The notes below the pieces were generated by a model. It was not told where the DNA came from. It saw nothing but the letters and a program-made list of their open reading frames with translations, and made no database searches. From Macrostomum lignano (Eukaryota), in contig NIVC01001483.1 of the NCBI GenBank assembly GCA_002269645.1, positions 1 to 64,000 on the forward strand: DNA of 64,000 nt. The letters are read 5' to 3'. The translations under genes and the position numbers were made by a program. Shown here piece by piece: positions 26,145 through 39,654 of the stretch (within the stretch, counting starts at the first letter, position 1; each line of letters opens with the position of its first letter).

Positions 26145-27293
26145 TATAGTTGGGTTTCAGGATGTCTATAGTTGGGTGTCAGGTCTATAGTTGGGTTTTA
26201 GGATGTCTATAGTTGGGTGTCAGGTCTATAGTTGGGTTTCTGGATGTCTATAGTTGAGTGTCAGGCTGTCTATAGTTGAGTGTCAAGATGTCTATAGTTG
26301 AGTGTCAGGATGTCTATAGTTGACTGTCAGGATGTCTATAGTCGATCGTGTCAGGATGTCTATAGTTGGATTTCAGGATGTCTATAGTTGGATGTCAGGA
26401 TGTCTATGTTGACTGTCAGGATGTCTATAGTTGAGTGTCAGGATGTCTATAGTTGAGTGTCAGGCTGTATATAGTTGAGTGTCAGGATGTCTATAGTTGA
26501 GTGTCAGGATGTCTATAGTTGAGTGTCAGGATGTCTATAGTTGAGTGTCAGGATGTCTATATTGAGTGTCAGGATGTCTATAGTTGAGTGTCAGGATGTC
26601 TATAGTTAAGTGTCAGGATGTCTATAGTTGAGTGTCAGGGTGTCTATAGTTGAGTGTCAGCATGTCTATAGTTGAGTGTCAGGGTGTCTATAGTTGAGTG
26701 TCAGGATGTCTATAGTTGAGTGTCAGAATGTCTATAGTTGAGTGTCAGGATGTCTATAGTTGAGTGTCAGAATGTCTATATTGAGTGTCAGGATGTCTAA
26801 AGTTGAGTGTCAGGATGTCTATAGTTGAGTGTCAGGATGTCTATAGTTGAGTGTCAGGATGTCTATAGTTGAGTGTCAGGATGTCTATAGTTGAGTGTCA
26901 GGATGTCTATAGTTGAGTGTCAGGATGTCTATAGTTGAGTGTCAGGATGTCTATAGTTGAGTGTCAGGATGTCTATAGTTGAGTGTCAGGATGTCTATAG
27001 TTGAGTGTCAGGATGTCTATGTTGAGTGTCAGGATGTCTATATTGAGTGTCAGGGTGTCTATGTTGAGTGTCAGGATGTCTATATTGAGTGTCAGGATGT
27101 CTAATTGAGTGTCAGGATGTCTAGTTGAGTGTCAGGATGTCTATATTGAGTGTCAGGATGTCTATATTGAGTGTCAGGATGTCTATATTGAGTGTCATGA
27201 TGTCTATAGTTGAGTGTCAGGATGTCTATATTGAGTGTCAGGATGTCTATAGTTGAGTGTCAGGATGTCTATATTGAGTGTCAGGATGTCTAT
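26145..27293. repeat. 22-bp minisatellite GTCTATAGTTGAGTGTCAGGAT, ~52 units
   Basis: Directly visible; lies between the converging 3' ends of MRLC and APBB. Confidence 0.97.
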
Positions 27294-27798
27294 AAATGTA
27301 TATCTAGGAGATTGAAATTTAGGGCTACCTGAAAACATCAGTATGGGACATGCATATTGAGTTGCATATCTATTGGCCGGTTGCAGTCATTGGCCAATGA
27401 AATATTGATTAAAATAGCCTTACATCTGCATGTATAGATAAAGTATTCATAATGGCACGGATGACACTGCATCAGTAAAGCGGCACTATTCAGCCATTTG
27501 AAACTCAAATCATAACTAATAAAACCGATGGCTATGCAAGAAGTGGCACTCATGATGGAGCCGCTGGACTATTGGACCAACAGGCGACTGAAGGGCACCG
27601 CATCAGCCAGCGACAACAGCGATGACTACGCGGCAGGTGCTTCATCATCGGTGCCAATCGATGCTCAAGGATGCTGCAGAGATGACAGGAGCGGCAGAAG
27701 GATCGTCTGCTCAGCTCTGGTGCTGCTGCTCCTGCTCACTCTGCTGCTGCTGTTACTGCTGCAGAGGTCAGTAGAGGCCCGAATTAGCGGCGGCAACA

Positions 27799-30700
27799 TC
27801 AAAGGAGGAGAAGGAACAGCGACTGTGCCGATGAGTGCCTGCAATGAGACTGCGGACTGCGCTTGACCTGGGAATGGGGCCAACTGAGGTCACTGGATTA
27901 GAATGAAGGTCATCTGAGGTCATTGGACTAGAATGAAGGTCAGTTGAAGTCATTGGATTAGAATGAGGGTCATCTGAGGTCACTGGACTAGAATGAAGGT
28001 CAGTTGAAGTCATTGGATTAGAATGAGGGTCATCTGAGGTCACTGGACTAGAATGAAGGTCAGTTGAAGTCATTGGATTAGAATGAAGGTCACCTGAGGT
28101 CACTGGATTAGAATGAAGTTCAGTTGAAGTCATTGGATTAGAATGAAGGTCATCAGAGGTCATTGGATTAGAATGAAGGTCAGTTGAAGTCATTGGATTA
28201 GAATGAGGGTCATCTGAGGTCATTGGATTAGAATGAAGGTCAGTTGAAATCATTGGATTAGAATGAAGGTCGTCTGAGGTCACTGGACTAGAATGAAGGT
28301 TATCAGAGGTCATTGGATTAGAATGAAGGTCATCAGAGGTCATTGGATTAGAATGAAGGTCATCAGAGGTCATTGAATTAGAATGAAGGTTATCAGAGGT
28401 CACTAAATTAGAATGAGGGTCATCTGAGGTCACTGGACTAGAATGAGGGTCACCTGAGGTCTTTGGATTAAAATGAAGTTCACCTGAGGTCATATGATCA
28501 GGATTAGAGACACTTAAGGTCATTGTATGAGGGTGAGAATGAGGGTCACCTGAGGTCATTGGATTGAAACGAGGGTCGCCAAGATCATAAGATCAAAATT
28601 AGGGTCACCTGAGGTCATATGATTGCAAAGAGGGTCATCTGAAGTCATTGGATTAGAATAGGCGGTCATCTGAGGTCATGGCAGTCTCAGTCATTAGATA
28701 TTTTAGTGCATCCACCTCTAAAAAGGCCTCAGAAGAGTGGACAGTATCTTGAGTCTAAATCGGTGCAGATGTCCAACGATATGTATAATAAAGGACAAAT
28801 TGTCATATCAATCATTAATTGTTCAAGTAATAAATTTCGAAAAAAAGTATTGATTAATTTCAATCACAAATATAATGATTGATTATGAATTGTTGTTTGT
28901 CCGACAAATGACCGTGACTAGAATTTTAATTTAATAATAAATTAATATGTATATTTAATAACACGTACTACTGAATAAGCACATATATAAGTAGTTGCAC
29001 AGCATGAAAGCATTAAAAAGAAAATTAACTAAAAAAAATACTACTGGTGTAAAAGCGGGTTGGTAAATACTTGAAACAGAAGCTTTTAAGGCTAATTAAT
29101 AATAGTAGCAAGGCAGCGCAGAAGCAGTTAAAGGAAATAAATAAATATTAATATAATTTCTAAAATAAACATTATAAAACATTCATGGAAGCTGAGCCAT
29201 GAAAATTGTCGCTATTATTTAAAAATTCTGTAGATAAGTCAATAGAAAAGCATACTGCACTACTTTTTATTCTTGTGAGTAGAATACTTAGCGAATTGCA
29301 AGCGGTTTATTAAAAAAAATAACAAAATTAATCGATATGCACTTAACATACTACTAACAATATCAGCGCTCACATTCGAAAAAAACTGATTGCAAATGCC
29401 ACATTAAAGAACAAAAAACCATAATTTACATACAGGTAAGCAGTAGAGCCATGTATGTTATGCACCCAAACTTTATGCCTAAATATTAGATATTTCTGAA
29501 TATTTCCGCAAACTTAACTTAAACAAGATTTTTCTAATCTCACTACGAGATATCTAATCTCACTATGAAATTTCTAATCTCACTATTAGATTTCTAGTGT
29601 TACCATGAGATTGCAGCACTCAATAAAGTGATTTTAAATTAGCAGAGGAAAGCAAAATAATTTGGAGCTGCAAAAATCAATAAAACAAAATATAGTTATG
29701 ACGACACAAAAAATTTTTTTTTCTGAACTAGAAAATATGAACAAACTTTCGAAAAGTGCTCTGACAGTTAATGACATTTGAAGGTCAGCCGGTCACACCT
29801 TGGAATTCCGCCGCCAAATGGAAGTGAACATGGACACGAAACTGGGCATCACGAAAGACTGAAAAAGTGCAAAGGAGAGAGTAATTGATTACTAATGGCC
29901 CAGTTGTTACAGAATTACAGAAATTAAAAATAGAGTACAGATAGGCCACCCCAGATTACAGAAACCCAAAACCAGATTACAGAATCGCCACTCCAGATTA
30001 CAGAATCGCCAATCCAGATTACAGAATCGTCACTACAGATTACAGAATCGTCACTTCAGATTACAGAATCGTCACTTCAGATTACAGAATCGCCAATCCA
30101 GATTACAGAATCGTCACTTCAGATTACAGAATCGTCAATCCAGATTACAGAATCGTCACTACAGATTACAGAATCGTCACTTCAGATTACAGAATCGTCA
30201 CTTCAGATTACAGAATCGTCACTCCAGATTACAGAATCGCCAATCCAGATTACAGAATCGTCACTACAGATTACAGAATCGTCACTTCAGATTACAGAAT
30301 CGTCACTTCAGATTACAGAATCGTCACTTCAGATTACAGAATCGTCACTCTAGATTACAGAATCGTCACTCTAGATTACAGAATCGCCACTCCAGATTAC
30401 AGAATCGCCACTCCAGATTACAGAATCGTCACTAAAGATTACAGAATCGTCACTCTAGATTACAGAATCGTCACTCTAGATTACAGAATCGTCACTCCAG
30501 ATTATAGAATTGTCACTACAGATTACAAAATCGTCACTCCAGATTACAGAATCGTCACTACAGATTACAGAATCGTCACTCCAGGTTACAGAATCGCCAA
30601 TCCAGGTTACAGAATCGTCACTCCAGATTACAGAATCGTCACTTCAGATTACAGAATCGTCACTACAGGTTACAGAATCGTCCATCCAGGTTACAGAATC

Positions 30701-33549
30701 GCCACTCCAGGTTACAGAATCGTCACTTCAGATTACAGAATCGTCCATCCAGATTACAGAATCGTCACTCCAGGTTACAGAATCTTCCATCCAGGTTACA
30801 GAAACGCCACCGCAGACTAAGCTACAAACTCTCACCCTTCTATTGTGGCCCTCAGTCTCCGTGGCCTCATCAGCAGTCGCAGCCTCAGTCCTGGCCGCAG
30901 CAGTCCGGGAGTCCAGGCATTTCTGATAGCGCAGGTTGCAGGCAGCCTGCACAGTCTTGCACAGAGCACCGCAGTCGGGTTCGCACCGGCACAGGTGACA
31001 TTCGGAACAGCCGGCGGCATTTTGAAACACCAGCCCAGCCAGCTGCACAGAGCGCCTGCTGACGCCCATGAATCTCAGGAATCGAACCCGGAACTCCACC
31101 CGAGCGGGCAGACAGTCGTTAATCACGATGCTGATAGTCGATGGCGAGGCCATCAATACGGCAGACTCGGCAGATTTCAACAGGACAATTGAGTCAATAG
31201 CCGAGTTGAGCTGGTCAATATCAATGGAGTTGGCATTGAGTCGGTGTTGGTCCATGAGACAGGAGCCCAGGTACTGACAGGGCACACATTTCTGAGGCTC
31301 AGCCTGCGGCGTGGGGAACAGGGCGAGGCTGAGGGGACGGCGCCTACTAGAGCTGGTAGAATTTGAATTAACCGATCCAGGCTCCGGTGATGAGGCTGGA
31401 GAAGCTGAGGAATTTGACGCGCTCATCATCATCATGAGCAGTTTGCAGCGGTGGCACAGGGCATTGGCCAGATTTGCGGCTGCGCTGGTGTCCGGCTGGC
31501 AGTGGAACACGTGACAGACAAATGCCCGGTTCGAACCCGGGCCCCCCACCTGTTCGCGGCTCACGTAGGCAAAATTTTGGCCAGAAGCTCCCCAGAGTCG
31601 GATGGAGAGCAGAGGCTGAGGCCGGGGAGAGTCCTTGGCCAGTGACTGGCCAGGACAGTAGGTGAGCAGTTTCCAGTCCAGCTGCAGATAGCTGTCAAGG
31701 ACTCCCGCATCGGTTGGACTGCCTGGTGCTGCGGACACAGCTCGAATGCACTGATTGACAGCTCGGCTGGACTGGTTTGAGCAGACAATATCCGAGTTGT
31801 CAACCCGGCGCCAGCCCAGGTAGCGAGCGCTAAACTGCAGTGACTCGGGTGACTCGGCAACGGAGGCTGCGGCAGCGGCTGATGAGCTCGAGGCCTCAGG
31901 TGATGCAGCTCGGGTTGAGCTGCTGGGCGCTGAGTCGGGTGGAGGGCTCTGCACCGGTGATGGGATGATGGCCGCTGCGTGAGGGTGGGGGGAGGCAGTC
32001 AGCAGGGACGATAAGTCTGTTATAAACCAGCGCATTTTTAGCTTATCCACTCGTGACCCAGTGACCTCAGATGACCTATTGGATTCAACAGAGACTACAT
32101 GGTTACTGACCTCAGTTGACCCAAGACTACATAGTTACTGACCTCAGTTGACCCAAGACTACATAGCTACTGACCTCAGTTGACCCAAGACTACATAGAT
32201 ACTGACCTCAGTTGACCCAAGACTACATGGTTACTGACCTCAGTTGACCCAAGACTACATGGTTACTGACCTCAGTTGACCCAAGACTACATGGTTACTG
32301 ACCTCAGTTGACCCAAGACTACATAGATACTGACCTCAGTTGACCCAAGACTACATAGTTACTGACCTCAGTTGACCCAAGACTACATGGTTACTGACCT
32401 CAGTTGACCCAAGACTACATGGTTACTGACCTCAGTTGACCCAAGACTACATAGATACTGACCTCAGTTGACCCAAGACTACATAGTTACTGACCTCAGT
32501 TGACCCAAGACTACATAGATACTGACCTCAGTTGACCCAAGACTACATAGATACTGACCTCAGTTGACCCAAGACTACATAGTTACTGACCTCAGTTGAC
32601 CCAAGACTACATAGTTACTGACCTCAGTTGACCCAAGACTGACCTCAGTTGACCCAAGACTACATAGATACTGACCTCAGTTGACCCAAGACTACATAGA
32701 TACTGACCTCAGTTGACCCAAGACTACATGGTTACTGACCTCAGTTGACCCAAGACTACATAGATACTGACCTCAGTTGACCCAAGACTACATAGTTACT
32801 GACCTCAGTTGACCCAAGACTACATAGATACTGACCTCAGTTGACCCAAGACTACATAGATACTGACCTCAGTTGACCCAAGACTACATAGTTACTGACC
32901 TCAGTTGACCCAAGACTACATAGTTACTGACCTCAGTTGACCCAAGACTGACCTCAGTTGACCCAAGACTGACCTCAGTTGACCCAAGACTACATTGTTA
33001 CTGACCTCAGTTGACCCAAGACTACATTGTTACTGACCTCAGTTGACCCAAGACTACATAGTTACTGACCTCAGTTGACCCAAGACTACATAGTTACTGA
33101 CCTCAGTTGACCCAAGACTACATGGTTACTGACCTCAGTTGACCCAAGACTACATAGTTACTGACCTCAGTTGACTCAAGACTACATAGTTACTGACCTC
33201 ATGGCCTAGGACCTACCAACCGAGCCTCGCAATAAGTCCCAACAAGAGTCAATAAAAAGGCCCCAATGCTCACCTCCCCCGCCGCTGAAGTAGAAGCTCC
33301 TGGGCCTGCTGGGCTGGTCCCCGGGAGCGGGTGGATCCCGCTGAATCGTACCGGAAGGCACATGCCAGTAGTAGTCGCCAATATCGTCTTCGTGTCGCTC
33401 CCATCCGGCGGGCAGTCGCAGGCAGTAGCTGGAGGTCGGGCAGCTGCTCACCCCGCTGTCCGGAGAGCTCACCCGAGCTGGCTTGGCCTGTGCTCGCTGG
33501 GACTTTGCCAATTCGGTGTCCGAGTTTAGACTCGGGCTTGAGGCGGAGG
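27799..33549 (-). CDS. APBB: Fe65/APBB-family adaptor (WW-PTB1-PTB2); exons 33549-33274, 32016-30836, 27867-27799; upstream start exon(s) not located
   Basis: WW: LPAGWERHED..GDYYWHVPSGTIQRDPP. PTB1: RYLGW..SSRAVNQCIR, RLWG..NFAYVSRE, CHVFHC. PTB2: RVRFLRFMGV, CEPDCGALCKTVQAACNLRYQKCLD (the Fe65 signature AAC.LRYQKCLD). Junction phases are consistent. Confidence 0.9.
27885..28680. repeat. 30-bp minisatellite GAATGA-AGGTCA-TCTG-AGGTCA-TTGGATTA, ~26 units (DR4 core)
   Basis: Directly visible; ends about 17 nt from the APBB terminal-exon acceptor. Confidence 0.97.
29955..30810. repeat. 21-bp minisatellite CAGATTACAGAATCGTCACTC, ~40 units
   Basis: Directly visible; begins about 25 nt from the APBB donor at 30835. 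Confidence 0.97.
32060..33200. repeat. 32-bp minisatellite TTAC-TGACCT-CAGT-TGACCC-AAGACTACATAG, ~35 units (DR4 core on minus strand)
   Basis: Directly visible; fills the APBB intron 32017-33273. Confidence 0.97.
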
Positions 33550-33599
33550 CTGACAATGGAAGAAAATATGAGCTAATTCGTATGCGGATGGAGCAGATA

Positions 33600-34025
33600 G
33601 TGTCTAGGGTCATCCAAGGTCAGTGCAAGTAGTGTCTAGGGTCATCCAAGGTCAGTGCAAGTAGTGTCTAGGGTCATCCAAGGTCAGTGCAAGTAGTGCC
33701 TAGGGTCATCCGAGGTCAGCAAGTAGTGTCTATGGGGTCATCCGAGGTCAGTGCAAGTAGTGTCTAGGGTCATCCGAGGTCAGCAAGTAGTGTCTAGGGT
33801 CATCCGAGGTCAGCAAGTAGTGTCTAGGGTCATCCGAGGTCAGCAAGTAGTGTCTATGGGGTCATCGGAGGTCAGTGCAAGTAGTGTCTAGGGTCATCCG
33901 AGATCAGCAAGTAGTGTCTAGGGTCATCCAAGGTTAGTGCAAGTAGTGTCTATGGGTTCATCCGAGGTCAGAAAGTAGTGTTTATGGGGTCATCCGAGGT
34001 CAGCAAGTAGTGTCTATGGGGTCAG
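33600..34025. repeat. 30-34 bp minisatellite GTGTCTA-GGGTCA-TCC(A/G)-AGGTCA-G(TG)CAAGTA, ~14 units (DR4 core)
   Basis: Directly visible; about 50 nt upstream of the WW-exon acceptor. Confidence 0.95.
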
Positions 34026-35025
34026 CCAAGATCGTGCAAGTTAAAAACGGTCATAGAAACAAACTAGCAGACAGTAAAAATTTAGGAAAAATTGCTTTCT
34101 GACTACTTCTCTCAGTAGCAACCATCGCCCATTGTCAAAATAATCAGATATAATTTTGTTTTTCAATTTTTTTTATCAAAGAGACGTTCCCTCTCTTAAT
34201 CAGACAAACCCAGACTCAGGGTAGACAGAAAGTGCAACATCATGGAAATGAAGCATTATTACGAGTAAAAGGTAGAGAGAAACAGACAGACACACACAGG
34301 GGAGGCTGGGAGGGAGCAGATGCAGATTGAGATAATTTTAGTGCTTGCTCGAGGAGCCGATACAGGCAAAAGGGGATCAGATGTGAGCGCTTATTTCACA
34401 GCGCGTGTGGGCGCATTAAAATCAGGGGCCCACTGCCACTGTCTGTGCCGCATTCAGCATCAGGCAGCTGGATGGGGGGTTGGATGGGATAGGAGAGAGA
34501 AAGAGAGAGAGAGAGAGAGAGTGAGCAGACAAATTACACGAAATCGAAAATGATGGGGCTCTATCATCTGTCTGTAGGCTTGGATAGCTGTTTAGCGAGC
34601 TACAGAGGCAAGCCTAAAATGGGAAAACAGCAACAGAGATAAGGCTCTGGGATATCTAAGTGCAGGAGATAAGGGTCTGAGCAATTTAGAGTCAGGAGAT
34701 TAGGAGTCTAAAAGTACAACTCTATAGAGCATAGGTTGTTTATTAGGTTCCTTACTGGAAGACTGACATGGAAATTCCCAATAAACTGCTCACTCATGGC
34801 ACGAACGACAGTCTGAACTGGCATCAATTTTATGAGACATCTGAGAACCAGGAAGACTTGCCTTGTATATTTTTTATTAATGGCAGAGGCCTGGGGGTCG
34901 GGACACTACAGATGGGATAGACTGAGGAATACAACTGAGGGATAAATCAGGGAGAGCATCGTGTATTGATGGATTCCATCGGGTGCTGTGCTAGTTTAAG
35001 GGTTGCTTCTGCGTTACAGACTGGG

Positions 35026-35038
35026 TGGATAGATAGAC

Positions 35039-35101
<63 letters not shown>

Positions 35102-35145
35102 CAGATAGATAGATAGATAGGTAGTAGATAGTTAGATAGATAGAC

Positions 35146-35184
<39 letters not shown>

Positions 35185-35286
35185 CAGATAGATAGATAGA
35201 CAGATAGATAGATAGACAGATAGATAGATAGACAGATAGATAGATAGATGGATAGATAGATAGATAGATAGACAGATAGATAGATG

Positions 35287-35319
<33 letters not shown>

Positions 35320-35344
35320 GTAGATAGATAGATAGATAGATAGG

Positions 35345-35389
<45 letters not shown>

Positions 35390-35437
35390 GGATAGATAGA
35401 TAGACAGATAGATAGATAGACAGATAGATAGATAGAC

Positions 35438-35495
<58 letters not shown>

Positions 35496-35496
35496 G

Positions 35497-35527
<31 letters not shown>

Positions 35528-35536
35528 GTAGATAGG

Positions 35537-35581
<45 letters not shown>

Positions 35582-35582
35582 G

Positions 35583-35623
<41 letters not shown>

Positions 35624-35644
35624 GTAGATAGATAGATAGATAGG

Positions 35645-35721
<77 letters not shown>

Positions 35722-35722
35722 G

Positions 35723-35769
<47 letters not shown>

Positions 35770-35770
35770 G

Positions 35771-35811
<41 letters not shown>

Positions 35812-35812
35812 G

Positions 35813-35897
<85 letters not shown>

Positions 35898-35970
35898 GGA
35901 TAGATAGATAGATAGATAGACAGATAGATAGATAGATAGATAGATAGATAGGTAGATAGATAGGTAGATA
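35026..35970. repeat. (GATA)n microsatellite
   Basis: Directly visible. Confidence 0.98.
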
Positions 35971-36475
35971 AACAGACGCAGACAGCCGCACGGGGCACAC
36001 GAGGACAGCTACAGAAAAATGGGTGATTCGGGGAAAAGAAAGCACATGGAGGGGGACAGCCAGATGGAGAGGACGCAGGCGGAACAGGGAGCTGACTGAT
36101 GGGTCCGGCTGATTGCCGCAGCAAAAAACCGGACGACAGGGAGAGAAGCTGCAAAAGAGGAAACTAAACTATCTTTGGGCTCCTGGCAACGAAAAAAATA
36201 ATAATAAGGCCACGGACCAAGTTCACGACCGAGGCAGTAAAACGGATGGTCTTCGTTCGATCCGTTCGTCTCAGTTTGTACTTTTAAAGATGCAGGCGGT
36301 GCTTATTTTTAAACGGTTTAAGAACTCACCCATTGAAAAGCCTGCGATTCAGCTCAGATCCATGTTCAGGGTTTCCACATTCAGCTGTCATACATCTTGT
36401 AGCCAACTGAAATTAGATTGGCAGAAATTTAATTTTTTTAAAATAAATATTAATTGATTATTACTTAGACTAATT

Positions 36476-37502
36476 GGTAGACTCTTACACTGATGGATTG
36501 CTAGACTATGCACTGATGGATTGCTAGACTATGCACTGATGGATTGCTAGACTGTGCACTGATGGATTGCTAGACTATGCACTGATGGATTGCTAGACTG
36601 TGCACTGATGGATTGCTAGACTCTTACACTGATGGATTGCTAGACTATGCACTGATGGATTGCTAGACTATGCACTGATGGATTGCTAGACTATGCACTG
36701 ATGGATTGCTAGACTATGCACTGATGGATTGCTAGACTATGCACTGATGGATTGCTAGACTATGCACTGATGGATTGCTAGACTATGCACTGATGGATTG
36801 CCAGACTACGCACTGATGGATTGCTAGACTGTGCACCAATGGATTGCTAGACTATGCACTGATGGATTGCCAGACTACGCACTGATGGATTGCTAGACTA
36901 TGCACTGATGGATTGCTAGACTATGCACTGATGGATTGCTAGACTATGCACTGATGGATTGCTAGACTATGCACTGATGGATTGCTAGACTATGCACTGA
37001 TAGATTGCTAGACTATGCACTGATGGATTGCTAGACTATGCACTGATGGATTGCTAGACTATGCACTGATGGATTGCTAGACTCTTACACTGATGGATTG
37101 CTAGACTATGCACTGATGGATTGCTAGACTATGCACTGATGGATTGCTAGACTATGCACTGATGGATTGCTAGACTATGCACTGATGGATTGCTAGACTA
37201 TGCACTGATGGATTGCTAGACTATGCACTGATGGATTGCTAGACTATGCACTGATGGATTGCTAGACTATGCACTGATGGATTGCTAGACTATGCACTGA
37301 TGGATTGCTAGACTATGCACTGATGGATTGCTAGACTATGCACTGATGGATTGCTAGACTATGCACTGATGGATTGCTAGACTATGCACTGATGGATTGC
37401 TAGACTATGCACTGATGGATTGCTAGACTATGCACTGATGGATTGCTAGACTATGCACTGATGGATTGCTAGACTGTGCACCAATGGATTGCCAGACTAC
37501 GC
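36476..37502. repeat. 23-bp minisatellite GCACTGATGGATTGCTAGACTAT, ~44 units
   Basis: Directly visible. Confidence 0.97.
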
Positions 37503-38469
37503 ACTCGTATTGCTAGAGTGAATCTAAATAAGTATAAAAGCAGTTTATCGTCTTTCCTAGAATCACAGAGGCGTCAGAAAGGATAGAATAAATTATATTT
37601 ATGAATTATACAACTAAATAAATAACTTTTTGATTGCCATACACACAAGTGGAACGCAAGCATACCTTTTTCATACTATGAAAGAAAATATGATTCGTAC
37701 ATGAAACAAGACAGAACGAAAGCTAAAAAATACACCAGTAAATATTCGCAATTGAACAATAATTACATATATAATTTACTATTTCACTAATAGATTAATG
37801 TTCAGTATAAATTAGGGTTAGTAAATAAATATATTTATGAAAGCCCACACAGTATTACGTAAGCAAAATACTTGAATTTAACCCCAAAAATATCAATTAT
37901 CTTAAAAGGTAAGAGTTATTGGCAAAAACTTGTTGCAAAATTATTTTTAATACTAATTTGTTAATTTGTTTAATTGTTTGAGCATCCCAGCTGGAGCGGT
38001 ATAAGCGTTTTGATAAAGTTTATAAAAAAGAATACTACAGAAAGTTTAATAAACAGTTTTCGGCAAGGTATAAAGTACATAGTGTACTAATAATTCTAAT
38101 TAATATTATAATTATTTGTGACAGTTATAAGTGCTTAAGCATACATTAGGGACGATTGTTAAAAATACATTTGACGGAATAGGAATTACATATCGTTTAT
38201 GCATAGCATAGCAATATTAATGTATAATTTACTGTGTACAGAATCACGCATTGCACCAAAGTTTTGCCTCGCCAAGGAAAGCAATAAAAAGCTTTAAAGT
38301 ATTCGAGGCTTTTATAACTTCTACTAAACATGTACAAAAATACTAATTAGGTCTGCTGTTTTATTTGTCCTGCATTAACTTACAAGCAAATTTATTGGCG
38401 ACAGCAATGGGGATAAGATTAGAAAATGGAGAGGGAGGGGTGAGAGGTGGACAGGAGAGAATTGAGATA

Positions 38470-39360
38470 GAGAGGAGAGGCAGAGGGGTGGGGGAGAGGC
38501 AGAGGGGTGGGGAGAGGCGGAGGGGTGGGGAGAGGCAGAGGGGTGGGGAGAGGCAGAGGGTGGGGAGAGGCAGAGGGGTGGGGAGAGGCGGAGGGGTGGG
38601 GAGAGGCAGAGGGTGGGGAGAGGCAGAGGGGGGGAGAGGCAGAGGGGTGGGGAGAGGCAGGGGGTGGGGAGAGGCGGAGGGGTGGGGAGAGGCAGAGGGG
38701 TGGGGAGAGGCAGAGGGGTGGGGGAGAGGCAGGGGGTGGGGAGAGGCAGAGGGTGGGGGAGAGGCAGAGGGGCGGAAGGAGAGGCAGAGGGTGGGGGAGA
38801 GGCAGAGGGGTGGGGAGAGGCAGAGGGGCGGAGGGAGAGGCAGAGGGGCGGAGGGAGAGGCAGAGGGGTGGGGGAGAGGCAGAGGGGTGGGGGAGAGGCA
38901 GAGGGTGGGGAGAGGCAGAGGGGTGGGGAGAGGCAGAGGGGTGGGGAGAGGCAGAGGGGTGGGAGAGGCAGAGGGGTGGGGAGAGGCAGAGGGTGGGGGA
39001 GAGGCAGAGGGGTGGGGAGAGGCGGAGGGGTGGGGAAGAGACAGAGGGGTGGGGGAGAGGCAGAGGGGTGGGAAGAGACAGAGGGGTGGGGGAGAGGCAG
39101 AGGGGTGGGAAGAGACAGAGGGGTGGGGGAGAGGCAGAGGGGTGGGGGAGAGGCAGAGGGGTGGGGAGAGGCAGAGGGGTGGGGAAGAGACAGAGGGGTG
39201 GGGAGAGGCAGAGGGGTGGGGAGAGGCAGAGGGGTGGGGAAGAGACAGAGGGGTGGGGAGAGGCAGAGGGGTGGGAAGAGACAGAGGGGTGGAGGGAGAG
39301 GCAGAGGGGTGGGGAGAGAGGCAGAGGGGTGGGGAGAGAGGCAGAGGGAGAGGCAGAGGC
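38470..39360. repeat. G-rich ~18-bp repeat GAGGCAGAGGGGTGGGGA
   Basis: Directly visible; two G-runs per unit. Confidence 0.95.
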
Positions 39361-39654
39361 AAGAGACGGGTCAGAACTGCAGGCAGTAAAATTCGGTACA
39401 AAAGCTCCATAAATAATGATAATATGATGAAACACACGCATGCAATACAGAAGCCAGTAAAAATCAAGCAAGGACACTGGACGCCAGACAGGGGCAGCAG
39501 TCATCTTGGACGCACAAGCAAATACAGCGGAGATCTGCGGAGCTGAAAAACTGAATACTTTTCTGGTTTATAAATTATCTTCGAAAATTTTCATAAAAAT
39601 ATTCAATACAGCAAATTGTGGTTTGAAGCTTTTAAAAATGGTTTATCTGTGATT

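Noticed and set aside
26145-27293. MEIS/TGIF TGACAG site array
   Set aside because: Most units read GTGTCA rather than CTGTCA; not a consensus match
27768-30926. Repeat-peptide ORFs (MTSDDLHSNP)n and (LQITESS)n
   Set aside because: Intronic minisatellites of APBB with a period divisible by three; no splice or codon support
38361-39546. Pro-rich and Arg/Gly-rich ORFs on both strands
   Set aside because: Products of the G-rich 18-bp repeat
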